A stretch of DNA of 63,939 nt, filler included, from Octopus bimaculoides (Eukaryota), in the NCBI RefSeq assembly GCF_001194135.2. It is 7 parts of 6 records of this genome, joined end to end, with 100 filler letters (N's around TTAATTAATTAA, not from the genome) between each part and the next. Parts side by side here need not be neighbours in the genome. Positions count along the whole stretch, not along the records: positions 1 to 26,681 come from NC_068999.1; 6 more parts are not named here. One strand, given 5' to 3'. The first letter of the stretch is position 1. Every line of letters begins with the position of its first letter. This document shows positions 1 through 11,466 of this stretch, in pieces. The translations under genes were made by a program, and so were the position numbers. Under the pieces are notes generated by a model that was not told the origin of the DNA, searched no databases, and worked only from the letters and a program-made list of their open reading frames with translations.

Positions 1-335
1 AGTTTCCTCATTGACCACCAGATAAGGGATCGGGGGACCCTGTCAAAGGCTTTCTCCATGTCAACGAAAGCCAGGTACAGAGGTTTATCCTTAGCTAGGT
101 ATTTCTCCTGCAACTGTCTCACTAGAAATAAGGCATCAGTAGTGCTTTTACCTGGCACGAACCCAAACTGCATCTCATCTAAATTGATTCGCTCCCTAAT
201 TAGTTGGGCTATGACCCTCTCTGTAACTTTCATAACCTGATATAACAGCTTGATGCCTCTGTAATTATTTGTATCTAAAGCGTCCCCTTTACCTTTGTAG
301 CAGTTGACTATGATGCTGCTACACCAGTCATTGTC
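1..335 (-). mobile_element. RTE-clade LINE, reverse transcriptase fragment (continues off the window edge)
   Basis: Minus strand reads DWCSSIIVNCYKGKGDALDTNNYRGIKLL...EMQFGFVPGKSTTDALFLVRQLQEKYLAKDKPLYLAFVDMEKAFDRVP, i.e. N-terminal RT motifs; close homologue of 22230-22550. Confidence 0.93.
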
Positions 336-734
336 ACTAATAATTATTTTTCAAGTTTAATGTCCAATGTAATCCCTTTATTATTACTTCTTGCATTACT
401 GCTATCAAACTTGCATGATGGCTTCTTTCCTGACTTCTTGATTTGTAGGTAAATCCAATAGCATTGGCGATCAACAATCATATAAAACAAATAAATAGTA
501 AAAAAAAAAAAAACCTGAAAAGAAGTTTTGGGAGAGCAAAAAATAATCTTCTTTGGATGTAAGAATGGAAATGAGATAGGAGGCAGTATCATCATCATCA
601 ATAATATTAATACGCCAACATTTTTTTTTGTACATACCTGTGGTGTGTGTCACACTTCAAAAGAAAAGGTAGAAAGTTTGAAGGGAGAGTTACAAAGAAA
701 AAGAGAAATAAAAGGTGTTAAGCAGAGGAGGTAT

Positions 735-985
735 TGTTGAAGTGAGTGGCAAAGCAGGAGAGAGGAGAGGGACAGAAGCAGAGGAAGTATAGTTGAAGTG
801 AGAGGCAAAGAAGAGGAAGTAAGAGGAGAGAGAGCTAGAGAGAGAGAGAAAAAGGAGATTGATAGTGCTGAGAGGTATGAGAAATATAACGCATTAAACA
901 CAGGAAGACAGTTAGAGGCAAGGAGACAGAGAGGAGAGAGGGAGAAAAGAGAGGAGATTAAGAGAGATAGATTGAGTGAATAGAG
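735..985. repeat. Purine-rich (AG/GA) low-complexity tract
   Basis: Almost exclusively A/G with imperfect AGAG runs. Confidence 0.85.
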
Positions 986-1448
986 AATAGTAATGAAAGA
1001 GAATGAACCATTCGCATACAGAAAATGCTTGAAAACTTTTCCTTTTTGATGATATATGATAAAGCCTTTGGAAATATGGAAATTGCAAAAAGAAATGCTG
1101 CTTTATCTATCTATCTGTCTGTCTGTCTGACAGTTATTCTGTCCGTCTGCCTCTTTCTTTCAGCAAATAGCTGTGAACCTCACACTACAGACATTGATAA
1201 ATTAAAAGCGGGAGAGAGGAGGGACAGAGAGGAAGTGAGACTGAAAGAAAGAGACAATGAGTAGTGACTGAAAGAGAGTTGGCATTCGTTTGTGTTTTTA
1301 AATGTTTGTCAGTATTTTCAGAGTAGACTGATACATACAGTGAAAGAAAAGTAGATACACAGACACATTGTTAAATCAAAGACAAATAACTACAGCAAAT
1401 ATTGGATGTCACTTTCACTTTTCATTACCACATGAGGATTAGATTAAA

Positions 1449-1692
1449 GCACAAGTGGTTGAGTACTCCACAGACATGCATATCATTAACATAGTTCTCA
1501 GGGAGATTTAGCCTCACACAGAATATCACGAGACTGGCCCGTTTGGATTACAGCTACAACTCATTTTTGCCAGCTGAGTGGACTGCAGCAAGGTGAAGTA
1601 GAGTGCTTTACTCAAGAACACAGATCACCGCCAAGTATCGTACTCATGACTTTACGATCATGGGTCGAATACCCCTAACCACTGAGCTACGT
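1449..1692 (-). mobile_element. tRNA-derived SINE (type C), degenerate
   Basis: Minus strand starts cgTAGCTCAGTGGTTAGG (A-box-like), then a decayed B-box and a gtgttcttgagtaaagcac...cagtccactcagctggcaaaaatgagt body resembling V/CORE-type SINE cores. Confidence 0.7.
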
Positions 1693-2068
1693 ACCTTCAC
1701 TCTCTTAACCGTAGAGAAAAGGAGTGAAGCAATAAAGACTGGGAAAGGAAAGTTTCAATCATTTAAAATGACAATTGCAGAAATACAATCGATCTTTTCT
1801 TTACTTTTAACAATGGAAAAGAGGAAAAGAGATTTAGTAATGAATACAGGGAAAGTCTTTTGGGTGTTTAGGTTTTCATTCTGGGAGTTCTAGAAGGATC
1901 CCATGTTAGTTCTCTCTTCTTTTCTCCACCCACCGGTACTTATTCGCTATGTTTGATAGTTCTTCATGTCTTTTACTGGGGGTGAAAGACCATGTTGCTT
2001 TTCAGGCATATTTAATGTTTTCTCTACAAACTACAAACAAACCCCACTCCCATCCTTTTTTTCCAGGA

Positions 2069-2340
2069 GCTTGTGAGTAGATTTGGTAAACGGAAACTGA
2101 AAGAAGCCCTTCATATGTATATATATATTCATGTGTGTGTGTGTGTGTGTTGGTGTGTATGCATCCCATTGGTGTGTATGCATCCCATTGGTGTGTATGC
2201 ATCCCCATAACTTAGCAGTTTGGCAGGATAGAATAAGCACCAGGCTTAAAGGGAATAAGTCCAAGGATCAATTTTTTTGAATAAAGGGTAGTGCTCCAGC
2301 ATGACCACAGTCAAATAACTGAAACAAGTAAAAGAATACC
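2069..2340 (+). mobile_element. SINE type A, 5'-truncated, with an internal 20-bp triplication
   Basis: gatttggtaaacggaaactgaaagaagccc core, (TG)n centre and gtgctccagcatgaccacagtcaaataactgaaacaagtaaaag tail shared with more than 10 copies in the window; ttggtgtgtatgcatccca x3 at about 2150-2207. Confidence 0.9.
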
Positions 2341-2499
2341 AGAAGAACATTTCCATACCACTAAATCAAGAAGGTTCTTTGAATATGTACAATATATTTT
2401 AAGGCTAAATAGTAATTCTGTTTACGTTTGCATAACAAATATTTTGGTTGGATTATATAGTTATCAGTTTAACACTTCTTTCTATATTCTGTAAGTGTC

Positions 2500-2582
2500 A
2501 GAACATAGAAACATTTCTCATGGCACTAGCACACAATTTCCAAGAACATAGAAACATTTCTCATGACACTAGCACACAATTT
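2500..2582. repeat. Tandem duplication, 43-bp period
   Basis: agaacatagaaacatttctcatg(g/a)cactagcacacaattt occurs twice. Confidence 0.9.
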
Positions 2583-2785
2583 ACAGATGCTTACATTTTT
2601 TATGTTTTCCATTAAGTTTTCACAAGTCCAGCCAGTTGTGTATGATTATAGTTAGATGAAGGGTTACCAGATTCATGGGCACTTCACCCCTTATCTGAGA
2701 CATACACAACTCACACAAACAAGTTTTGACATACAGCATATGTAGTTACAGATATTTCTGCAATGCTGATATTATTATTATTGTT

Positions 2786-2897
2786 AAGGCAGTAAGCTGG
2801 CAGAATCGTTAGCACGCTGGATGAAATGCTTAGCAGTATTTTGCCCGTTACTCCAATCTGAGTACAAATTCTGCTGAGGTCGACTTAGCCTTTCATC
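2786..2897 (+). mobile_element. SINE type B, 5' part (split by a LINE insertion)
   Basis: aaggcagtaagctggcagaatcgttagcacg...gaggtcgacttagcctttcatc matches the intact copy at 57320-57555; remainder at 4512-4620. Confidence 0.85.
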
Positions 2898-4511
2898 ATC
2901 ATCATCGTTTAACATCCGCTTTCCATGCTAGCATGGGTTCGACGATTTGACTGAGGACTGGTGAAACCGGATGGCTACACCAGGCTCCAATCTGATTTGG
3001 CAGAGTTTCTACAGGTGGATGCCCTTCCTAACGCCAACCACTCAGAGAGTGTAGTGGGTGCTTTTACATGCGACCCGCACGAGGCCAGTCAGGCGGTACT
3101 GGCAAAGGCCATGCTCAAATGGTGTATTTTATGTGCCACCCGCACAAGTGCCAGTCCAGGGGCACTGGCAACGATCTTGCTCGAAAGTCCATTATGCATG
3201 CCACGGGCACAAGTGCCAGAAAGGCGACGCTGGGCACAGGTGCCATCCCGATTTCGCTTTCGCTTGCCCCAATAAGTCTTCGCAAGCTGAGTTTCATGTC
3301 CAATGAAGGAGATGATGTTGGCATGGGTGCCAGTCGTCGAATTTAGTTCGGTTTCAATTTCACTTGCCTCAACAGGTCTTCGCAAGCGGAGTTTAGTGTC
3401 CAAAGAAGGAAAGGTACGCATAAGTNNNNNNNNNNNNNNNNNNNNNNNNNNNNNNNNNNNNNNNNNNNNNNNNNNNNNNNNNNNNNTGCCTCACCACCTC
3501 AGCCCAGGTCTTCCTGGGTCTACCTCTTCCACGGGTTCCCGCAACTGTTAGGGTGTGGCACTTTTTCACGCAGCTATCCTCATCCATTCTTGCCACATGT
3601 CCATACCAGCGCAATCGTCTCTCTTGCACACCACAGCTGGTGCTTCTTATGTTCAACTTTTCTCTCAAGATACTTACACTCTGTCGTATATGTGCACTGA
3701 CATTACTCATCCATCGGAGCATACTGGCTTCATTCCTTGTGAGCTTACACATGTCCTCAGCAGTCACAGCCTATGTTTCACTGCCATGTAGCATGGCTGT
3801 TCATACACATGCGTCATACAGTCTGCCTTTTACTCGGAGTGAGAGTCCCTTTGTCGCCAGCAGAGGTAAGAGCTCTCTGANNNNNNNNNNACACATGCGT
3901 CATACAGTCTGCCTTTTACTCGGAGTGAGAGTCCCTTTGTCGCCAGCAGAGGTAAGAGCTCTCTGAACTTTGCCCAGGCTATTCTTATTCTAGCAGCTAC
4001 ACTTTCAGCGCACCCACCCCCACTACTAACTTGGTCACCCAGATAGCGGAAGCTATCAACTACGTCTAGTTTTTCTTCCTGGAATGAGACTGAAGTTGTT
4101 TCCTGTTTGTTTACAGTCTTTATTGCACCTGAACATCTGCCACATACAAAAACTAACTTCCTAGTTAACCTGCCTTTGATATTGCTGCACCTCGTATGTG
4201 TCCATAGCTTGCACTGGGTACATCTTATGGAGTTNNNNNNNNNNCCTTCTTACTTATTAGGACTTTGGTTTTAGCTAGGTTCACTCTAAGGCCCTTCGAT
4301 TCTAGTCCCTGCTTCCACACCTGAAACTTCTCCTCTAGTTCTGATAGTGACTCAGCAATTAGTGCAAGGTCATCAGCATAAAGGAGCTCCCAGGGGCATC
4401 CTGACTTGAATTCCTCTGTTATCACCTGGAGGACTATGATAAATAGGAGGGGGCTGAGGACAGAGCCTTGGTGGACCCCTACCTCTACCCGGAATTCATT
4501 ACTGTACTCAT
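2895..4511 (-). mobile_element. RTE-clade LINE, 5'-truncated (RT C-terminal half, 3' UTR, (GAT)n tail)
   Basis: GVHQGSVLSPLLF, LLYADDLALIAES and RRLRWYGHVARM...GRGRPRKTW motifs; ends gttaaacgatgatgatga on the minus strand. Confidence 0.95.
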
Positions 4512-4620
4512 TTCAGGGTTGATAAATAAATACCAGTTCAACCCTTGGCGTCAGTGTTAATTGACTCATCCCCTCCCCCAAAATGGCTGCCCTTGTGGCA
4601 AAATTTGAAATCATTAACAT
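4512..4620 (+). mobile_element. SINE type B, 3' part
   Basis: ttcagggttgataaataaataccag...cccctcccccaaaat...cttgtgg continues the SINE interrupted at 2897. Confidence 0.8.
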
Positions 4621-5014
4621 TATTATTGTTGCTAGTTAGTCAAAAATTGATTGGTTGGTAGTGGTGATGTTGACTGTGTTGGTGTAGGGGTTAGTGATGG
4701 TGCCATGATGGCAATGACTATACTGTTCTTGTTAATTGTATTGTTATTGCTTAGTCTTCAATCAATAATTGTTGACATGCCATTTAACTTTTAAAACACA
4801 CACACTGTCTCATGTCATCGTGTTTTATTTTAGATGGAATTGCTTATCTTGTACACATTGTTACTGTTGGTCAGCAAAGATCTGGTGGGTTGGTAATGGG
4901 AGTGATTATATTGATTTTGGTGTAGATGGTGGTTGTGTTGGTGACAGTAGTGGTGGTGAAGGTTGATTTGTGTGCATGTGTGTATAGGAACAGGTATGGG
5001 TATGTTACATCTCA

Positions 5015-5320
5015 GGCAAGTGTCTTCCACTATAGTGCCAGGCTAACCAAAGCTTTGAGTGGATTTGGTATACAGAAACTGAAAGAAGCCAGTTATGTGT
5101 CTGCACAAGTGTATTTGCCTTGACACCATGAATTGGTTGTAAATGACCATTATTGTCACATAAACAGTGTTGTTTATTTCCAGTTTTCTATGGAAAACAT
5201 GTCTGATCATAGGGAATTATTACCTTACTTGCTGACAGGTGAGGGATGGCGATAGGAAAGGTATATGGTTGTAGAAAATCTGCCTGACCCATGGAAGCAC
5301 GGAAAAGTGGGTATTAAATG
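5015..5320 (+). mobile_element. SINE type A' (type A head with an RTE-like tail)
   Basis: ggcaagtgtcttccactatag...gaaactgaaagaagcc head, then a different tail ending ggcgataggaaagg...gacccatggaagcacggaaaagtgggtattaaatg. Confidence 0.75.
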
Positions 5321-5327
5321 TGTGTGA

Positions 5328-5361
<34 letters not shown>

Positions 5362-5756
5362 GCAGGCAGACAGGCAAATAGATACTCATTGTGACTAAGA
5401 AAATATACACACAAACATAAAAGCATACAAAATTATAGACACAAAAATTTTCATTGTTTGAAATACCGTCTAAAAGTTTCAAAGGCTGATCTGGGAGCTT
5501 GTGGGATATTACATCTTGGTGGTGCAGACTGTGTGGGCCAAAATCCAGTGGTAAGGACTCGAACAAACAGGTCAACACCAAATAAACTGGCCTATAATAA
5601 GTAACAAATATGAAAACTATAGAATTATATGAAACAAATATGAAAACTACAGAATTATATGAAAATGAGGAAAATTTAGTGGACAAATTAGATTGAACAC
5701 ATATACTGTCAAAATAAATAGAGTGGCTTATAAATAGTTTTACTATTTTACATATA

Positions 5757-6585
5757 CGGGGTCTGACCATTAAGTATTCAGACTATTGCCATAGTAATGA
5801 AGCTAAAGTATGCAGAGTGAAGCAGCTTGGCAAAGATTGGCCTTGAACTCGGCTGTGCATGCACACTAAGTTTTAACATTCTAGCTCACTTCCACTCTTT
5901 ACAGCAGTGCTTGGAATGCCTGTAGCATGTGATCATCACATTAACCATGACAGAGAAAGTTGTCATGGTGATACCTATGCAAAGTTGCAGAAAGCGTATG
6001 GGGAGGAGTGTATGAGCTGCATACAAAGTGTACAAATGGTTCAGACGTTTTCAAGATGGCCGAAAAAATGTCAATATTGATGAATGTTATGGGAGACCTG
6101 CAACTAGCAAAACTGAGAAAAACATCACAGATGTATGCAGCTGTGAGGAGAAATTGTCGAATCATCAACCATGAGTTATCAGAGGATGTGCAGATTAGTT
6201 ACAGTTCAGTTCAGTCCATTATCACTGAAAATTTGGGTATGAGATGCATAGCTGTCAAGTTTGTGCTGAAACTGCTTTCAGCTGACTAAAATGACACTCA
6301 GGTCATTGCACAAGATCTCATTGACTGTTGAGAATGATGAAAACTTTTTGTAAACTTTGATGTAGATTGTCTGCTCAGCTTTCTCTGTCATGGTCAATGT
6401 GATGACCACACACTACACACCTTCCTTCCAAGCACTGCTGTAAACAGTGGAAGTGAGCTGGAACGTTAAAACTTAGTGTGCATGCACAGCAGAGTTCAAG
6501 GTCAATCTGTGCCAAGCAGCTTCATTCTGCGTGCTTTAGCTTCATTACTATGGCAACAGCCTGGATACTTATTGATTAGATCATG
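5757..6585 (+). mobile_element. Non-autonomous mariner derivative with ~205-bp inverted arms and a transposase N-terminal remnant
   Basis: TA at 5755-56 and 6586-87; arms 5757-~5963 and ~6377-6585 are reverse complements; interior encodes a mariner HTH-like stretch (KLQKAYGEECMS...ELSEDVQISYSSVQSIITENLGMRCIAVKFVLKLL). Confidence 0.85.
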
Positions 6586-7309
6586 TATTTATGTTGTGAA
6601 TAATAACAGTCATTTATGGGCAATTCTTTCAAATTGGCACATAACATGCTATAAAACCCCATTCTCATAAGTATCCCCCCCCACCAAAATCAAGATTAAA
6701 AACCAAAGTTATATACAATACACAGTATTAAGATGTTAACCCCACCCACTTTTAACATAATAATAAATACTAAGCCATAAAGCTTTTTCATTTAATTGCT
6801 TCTTTTTGGATTTTGGGTTTAAGTACTGTATTTCTCAGAATATCAGATACACATTTATTTTGAAGAGATAGTTTTGGGAAAAAAAGCTGGTCAAATTTGA
6901 AAGTACTGTAAATTAATAAATAGGTTTACTGTTTTTTTTATAGTTTGGTTGAAAACCTTCAAGATACCCATTTCCATCCATTTCTTTAATGACTTAATCC
7001 CTATTTCACTTATATTTTTCACATGAATTTTTCACCCACATGCACACGAGAAGAGTCAGTCTATTCCTTCACCTAGTAGGAGTTGTAGCAAAAGCTTCCA
7101 GCAGCATCCAGTTCCATTCCTTTCACATTAAAATCTTAAAGGGTTTGTTTTGTTAACAAATACTGAGAGTTGACTTGTCAAACCATCAGGTATAATAGTC
7201 AGTTGTACCAACTCATTAGATTTTTCTTTTTAATAGCTCTAATCTCAAAGGAGAAAAGAATGATTTTTTAATAAACCCTTAAATGTTGACCAATTTTTTT
7301 TTACATGAA

Positions 7310-7653
7310 TAGGCGCAGGCATGGCTGTGTGGTAAGAATCTTGCTTCCCAACCACATGGCACCTTGGGCAAGTGTCTTCTACTATAGTCTTGGGCCGACC
7401 AAAGCCTTATGAGTGGATTTAGTAGATGGAAACTGAAAGAAGTCAGTTATGTGTGTATGTGTAGTGTCTTTGTGTCTCTGTTTGTCCCCAGCTACAACTT
7501 GACAATTAGTGTTGGTGTGTTTGCATGCCTCTAACTTAACAGTTTGGCAAAAGAGACCAATAGGATAAGTACCAGGTATAAAAAAGAAGTACTGGTGTTG
7601 ATTCATTCAACTAAAAATTCAAGGCAGTGCCCCAGTCTAATGACTGAAACAAG
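7310..7653 (+). mobile_element. SINE type A, near full length (small deletion in the B-box region)
   Basis: aggcgcaggcatggctgtgtggtaag head through the aatgactgaaacaag tail. Confidence 0.92.
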
Positions 7654-7669
7654 CATTATGTGTCTACAG

Positions 7670-8175
7670 ACACCTCTGGGTAAATTTTCTTTGGGCATTG
7701 TTTTGCCTTCAGAAATTAACATTGGTGGTAATTTTGTTCCATCTGCACATGTTAACACCACCATATAATGTGGTTTTTCGTGTCCAGTAGACTTCATAGT
7801 ACCTTCTATACCAGTAGTTTGATTGCTTGGAACACCAAATGTTAAGAAAGTTTCATCCATGTTTGCTATACAAGATAATTCAAATAAAACCTCTTAATGT
7901 CTGAAAAGCATGCTTCCATTTCAAACTCAGTGAACATTCTTTGAGCAATTTTTCATGTATGGCCAGTAAAATCTAAGTTATGACAACATGCAATCTCTTC
8001 ACTTCAAAAAATATATTTGTACAATTGAACAGTTCTTGCCATCTTTGATCCACCACCTGTTCATATGGTTTATTTTCAAGATCTTGCCATTTTCACTCTC
8101 TTCTGCAATTGCATTTATCACTTTAAATCATTTTCAAATTTTGTTTTTGATTGTGAGACCTGTTACTGGTACCAT
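7670..8175 (-). mobile_element. pogo/Tigger-family DDE transposase remnant
   Basis: NMDETFLTFGVPSNQT...STGHEKPHYMVVLTCADGTKLPPMLI matches the pogo-type MDET...GHEK...ADGTKLPP pattern; frameshifted upstream part. Confidence 0.82.
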
Positions 8176-8392
8176 GTAAACCAGTACTACAAGTTTCATG
8201 GTTGGCAACTAAAGCAGCTCCACCCACTTCAGTAGTTTGCTACTCTTGTGAGGAGGGTGTTTGGACACCCAGCAGGACTAAAAACAAGACTTGTTGATGG
8301 TGGATAAGCTCCCTGTGGGCCAATGGCCATCCAGTTAAGAGAAGCAATGGCAAACCACCCCAATATCTCTGCCAAGAAAAGTGAAAAGTGTG

Positions 8393-9500
8393 TTAAGGAA
8401 AGCAAGAAAAAGTAATTTCAGATGTTTCCACAGATTGGGGTAGGAATTCAGTGGCGTCATTGTCATTTTGTAATTCCATCAACTCCTCCTGAAAAACATC
8501 CTCGCAATCGACTTCATCGACCTCAAATGGATTGCTATACCAATTTGGAATATTCAGTGCAATAACATCTTGAAATCGCTCCACTATGTTAAAGTGCAAT
8601 GAATGTAAATAATTGCGATATGTAGTTAAATCTTCATCAATCAATTCATCTTTCAAAGAATCAAGTTATGGAAATTGATGGAATTGATGTTTTGAAATGT
8701 TAATCTTAAACAACACCAATCTCGAAATGAAGGTAGTAATAAACGATTTACAATCAACTAGAGTTTTTCTGTTTCCTTGCAATAACTTATTCAAACCATT
8801 TAATTTTGTGAATATATCACAAAAAAAAGAAAAGAAAAAAAAAAAGATATTGCACCTTGCAACCATCAATGAAGCAGGTAGTGGAGTAATTTCAAAGAAA
8901 AAGATATATAAAACAGTTCACCAAAGCATAAAACACAGTTTTACCACCACACATCAGTATAGTATAAGAGTTTAGTATGGTCCTCATCATTTCTCAGAGT
9001 TGACGGAAAATTTGATCAGACAAAGGACTGGACTTCAATTTGTTCAGTCTTGATAACTAGCTGTAGCGCATCATGCAATCTACCATTCATATTTTGTGCC
9101 ACTAGATGCTGCCGGTGTGCCAAGCAATGAATAGTTAATATCTGGTGGGAAATTTCACGTTTTAGGAGAGATGAAAAACCTCTGTATCTGCCTATCATCG
9201 AAGGGGCTCCATCAGACGCACAGGCAAGAATATTACTGAGTGGATTATTATGTTCAAAAAGAAAAGATTTGAGAGTATGAAAAATAGTTGCACCTTTTGA
9301 ATCAAGCAGTAATTTCTCTGTAAACAGCATTTCCATACAAGGTTGAAGGACTTTGCTGCTATACCAAACATATACCATCATTGAACATTGATTGTTGACA
9401 ACAGTTGACTCATCCACTTGTATAGAAAATTCAGAACGCTGGAGAATATTAATGAACTGATGTTTGACAGGAATTGCTAGTGTTAATAGACAGTCACTAG
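8393..9500 (-). mobile_element. hAT (Buster/Charlie-like) transposase pseudogene
   Basis: FSIQVDEST, LACASDGAPSMIGRYRG, IHCLAHRQHL (CxxH), KLNGLNKLLQG and NPFEV...QEELMELQND in successive broken frames; no termini found. Confidence 0.88.
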
Positions 9501-10449
9501 ACTATGTAGTATGATTGACACAATTTCTGAGGAGGTTTCTCTCTTCAGCATCCAGCAAAAATTAAATGGTTCTTATTATTTGGTCTAGCTCATGACTAAC
9601 TGTATAACTTATGGAATGTTATAGTAAATTTTAAAATTTCATTAGAGAATATCAGGGAGTTGACCAATAAGCAGACTAAAAGTTAATGTTTTGATTGAGA
9701 CAAAATATGAGGATTGCAAAGAACATAAGTGATTTTCAATGACCATGTTATACATCACTCTCAACTAAAATTCTAAAAGTGGTATGAATGCATTTAATTT
9801 CATTCAGTTAGCTTCAGCAAGCAGAACACTGTAACCTATGTTTTCAGCAGGATTTGAAAATCTTAATTACCTAACTCTTAACCTACTCTATGACATGAAT
9901 TTGCCAGGTAGAGTATCTGTTTGTCAATGCTTTACTGCCCAAAACTGCCACAAACAGAACTGTTGTTTACATTTGTTTTAAAGGAAGTTCTGAACTCTAA
10001 TTTAAATGAGAAAACTTTAATCTTTTCTTTCATCATTTACTTATATTCTGTGACACTTGTTAATACTGTACTTACTTTACTTGCACTTGCAGCAGCATTC
10101 ACCCAGGGTAAGTTGAGCCAGCTCCAACCAATGAGTAGTTTATGCTCAGAGTTCCAGAGGGAACACAATTTCACATGTGGTCTCTGGTCACATGCATACA
10201 CACTTGGGGATAGCATGATCTGTAAGCTCATCTTGCCGTCGATTATTGACTGTAGCAGAGGATTCACTGACCAAGTCACCGCCAATTATTGGAGCAGACA
10301 TAGCCTGGGTTTGAAGTGAGTTCTAGAGACATGCTTTAACAAAAAATAAGGGGTGTCTCGCTCCCAACATGTCGGACACAACCTGGAATTTCTGAATTTA
10401 TCCAAGTGACTTGGATAAATAATATCAGAAGAATAGCAAAATATATATA

Positions 10450-11421
10450 GTTGGGCATAAGAGGCATCAGATGTAGTGTGCAAGAGAGATGACTGCACTG
10501 GTATGGTCATGTGATGTGTATGGACATAAACAGCTGTGTAAAGAAGTGCTAATCTCTAACTGTAGAGGGAACCTGTGGAAGAGGTAGACCCAGGAAGACA
10601 TGGGACAAGGTGTAGAAGCATGATTTTCGAATGTTGGGCCTTAGGAAGGTGATGGAAAGTGACTGAGACCTCTGGTGATATGCTGTGCATAAGAAAACAT
10701 GTCAGGCCAAGTGAAATTGTAGTGTGGCCATGCTGGTGCCATGTAAATGGGACCAGTGAAATTGTAGTCGTGACCAATGCTGGTGCTATGTAAATGGCAC
10801 CTGTGAAATCGGAGTTAGGGCGTCACCAGTGCCTTGTAAATGGCACTCATAAATTGTAATCAAGACTGCTGACAGTGTTGTGTAAATGGCACTCGTGAAT
10901 TGTAGTTCTGGTTGTTGATGGTGTCATGTAAATGGCACCCATGAGTTGCGATCATTGCTGGTGCCATGTAAATGGTACCTGTGAATCGTAGTTGTGGTCA
11001 CTGCTGGTGCCATGTAAATGGCATCCTGAATTGTAGTTGCAGTCGCTGCTGGTGCCATGTAAATGGTACCTGTGAATCCTAGTTGTGGTCACTGCTGGTG
11101 CCATGTAAATGGCATCCTGAATTGTAGTTGCAGTCGCTGCTGGTGCCATGTAAATGACACCCATGCATTGTAGTTGTGGTTATGTAAATGGCACCTGTGA
11201 ATCGTAGTTGTGGTCAATGCTGGTGTCATGTAAATGGCACCGGTGCCAGTAGCATGGTAAATTATCTGTTACACTCCTGGAGTGGTTGGCATTAAGAAGG
11301 GCATCCAGCCATAGAAACTATACCAAATCAGACTGGAATCTGGTGCAGTCCTCTGGCTTATCAGTTCCAGTCAAACTGCCTAATCCATGCCAGCATGAAG
11401 AATGGATGTTAAATGTTGATG

Positions 11422-11422
<1 letters not shown>
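10450..11422 (+). mobile_element. RTE-clade LINE 3' end (older subfamily) with a minisatellite 3' UTR
   Basis: SVQERRLHWYGHV...GRGRPRKTW, then repeats of tgctggtgccatgtaaatggcacc, then ggttggcattaagaagggcatccagc...gttaaatgttgatgat. Confidence 0.88.
10730..11245 (+). repeat. Minisatellite of ~42-45-bp units inside the RTE 3' UTR
   Basis: About 11-12 imperfect copies of tgctggtgccatgtaaatggcacctgtgaat(c/t)gtagttgtggtca. Confidence 0.9.

Positions 11423-11425
<3 letters not shown>

Positions 11426-11461
<36 letters not shown>
11426..11461. repeat. (TA)n microsatellite
   Basis: Direct reading. Confidence 0.95.

Positions 11462-11466
<5 letters not shown>

Noticed and set aside
3805-3968. ~77-bp tandem duplication in the LINE
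   Set aside because: The two copies flank a 10-N gap; typical unmerged contig overlap
10730-11245. CRISPR-like array
   Set aside because: Eukaryotic context, no unique spacers, and the units are part of a LINE UTR
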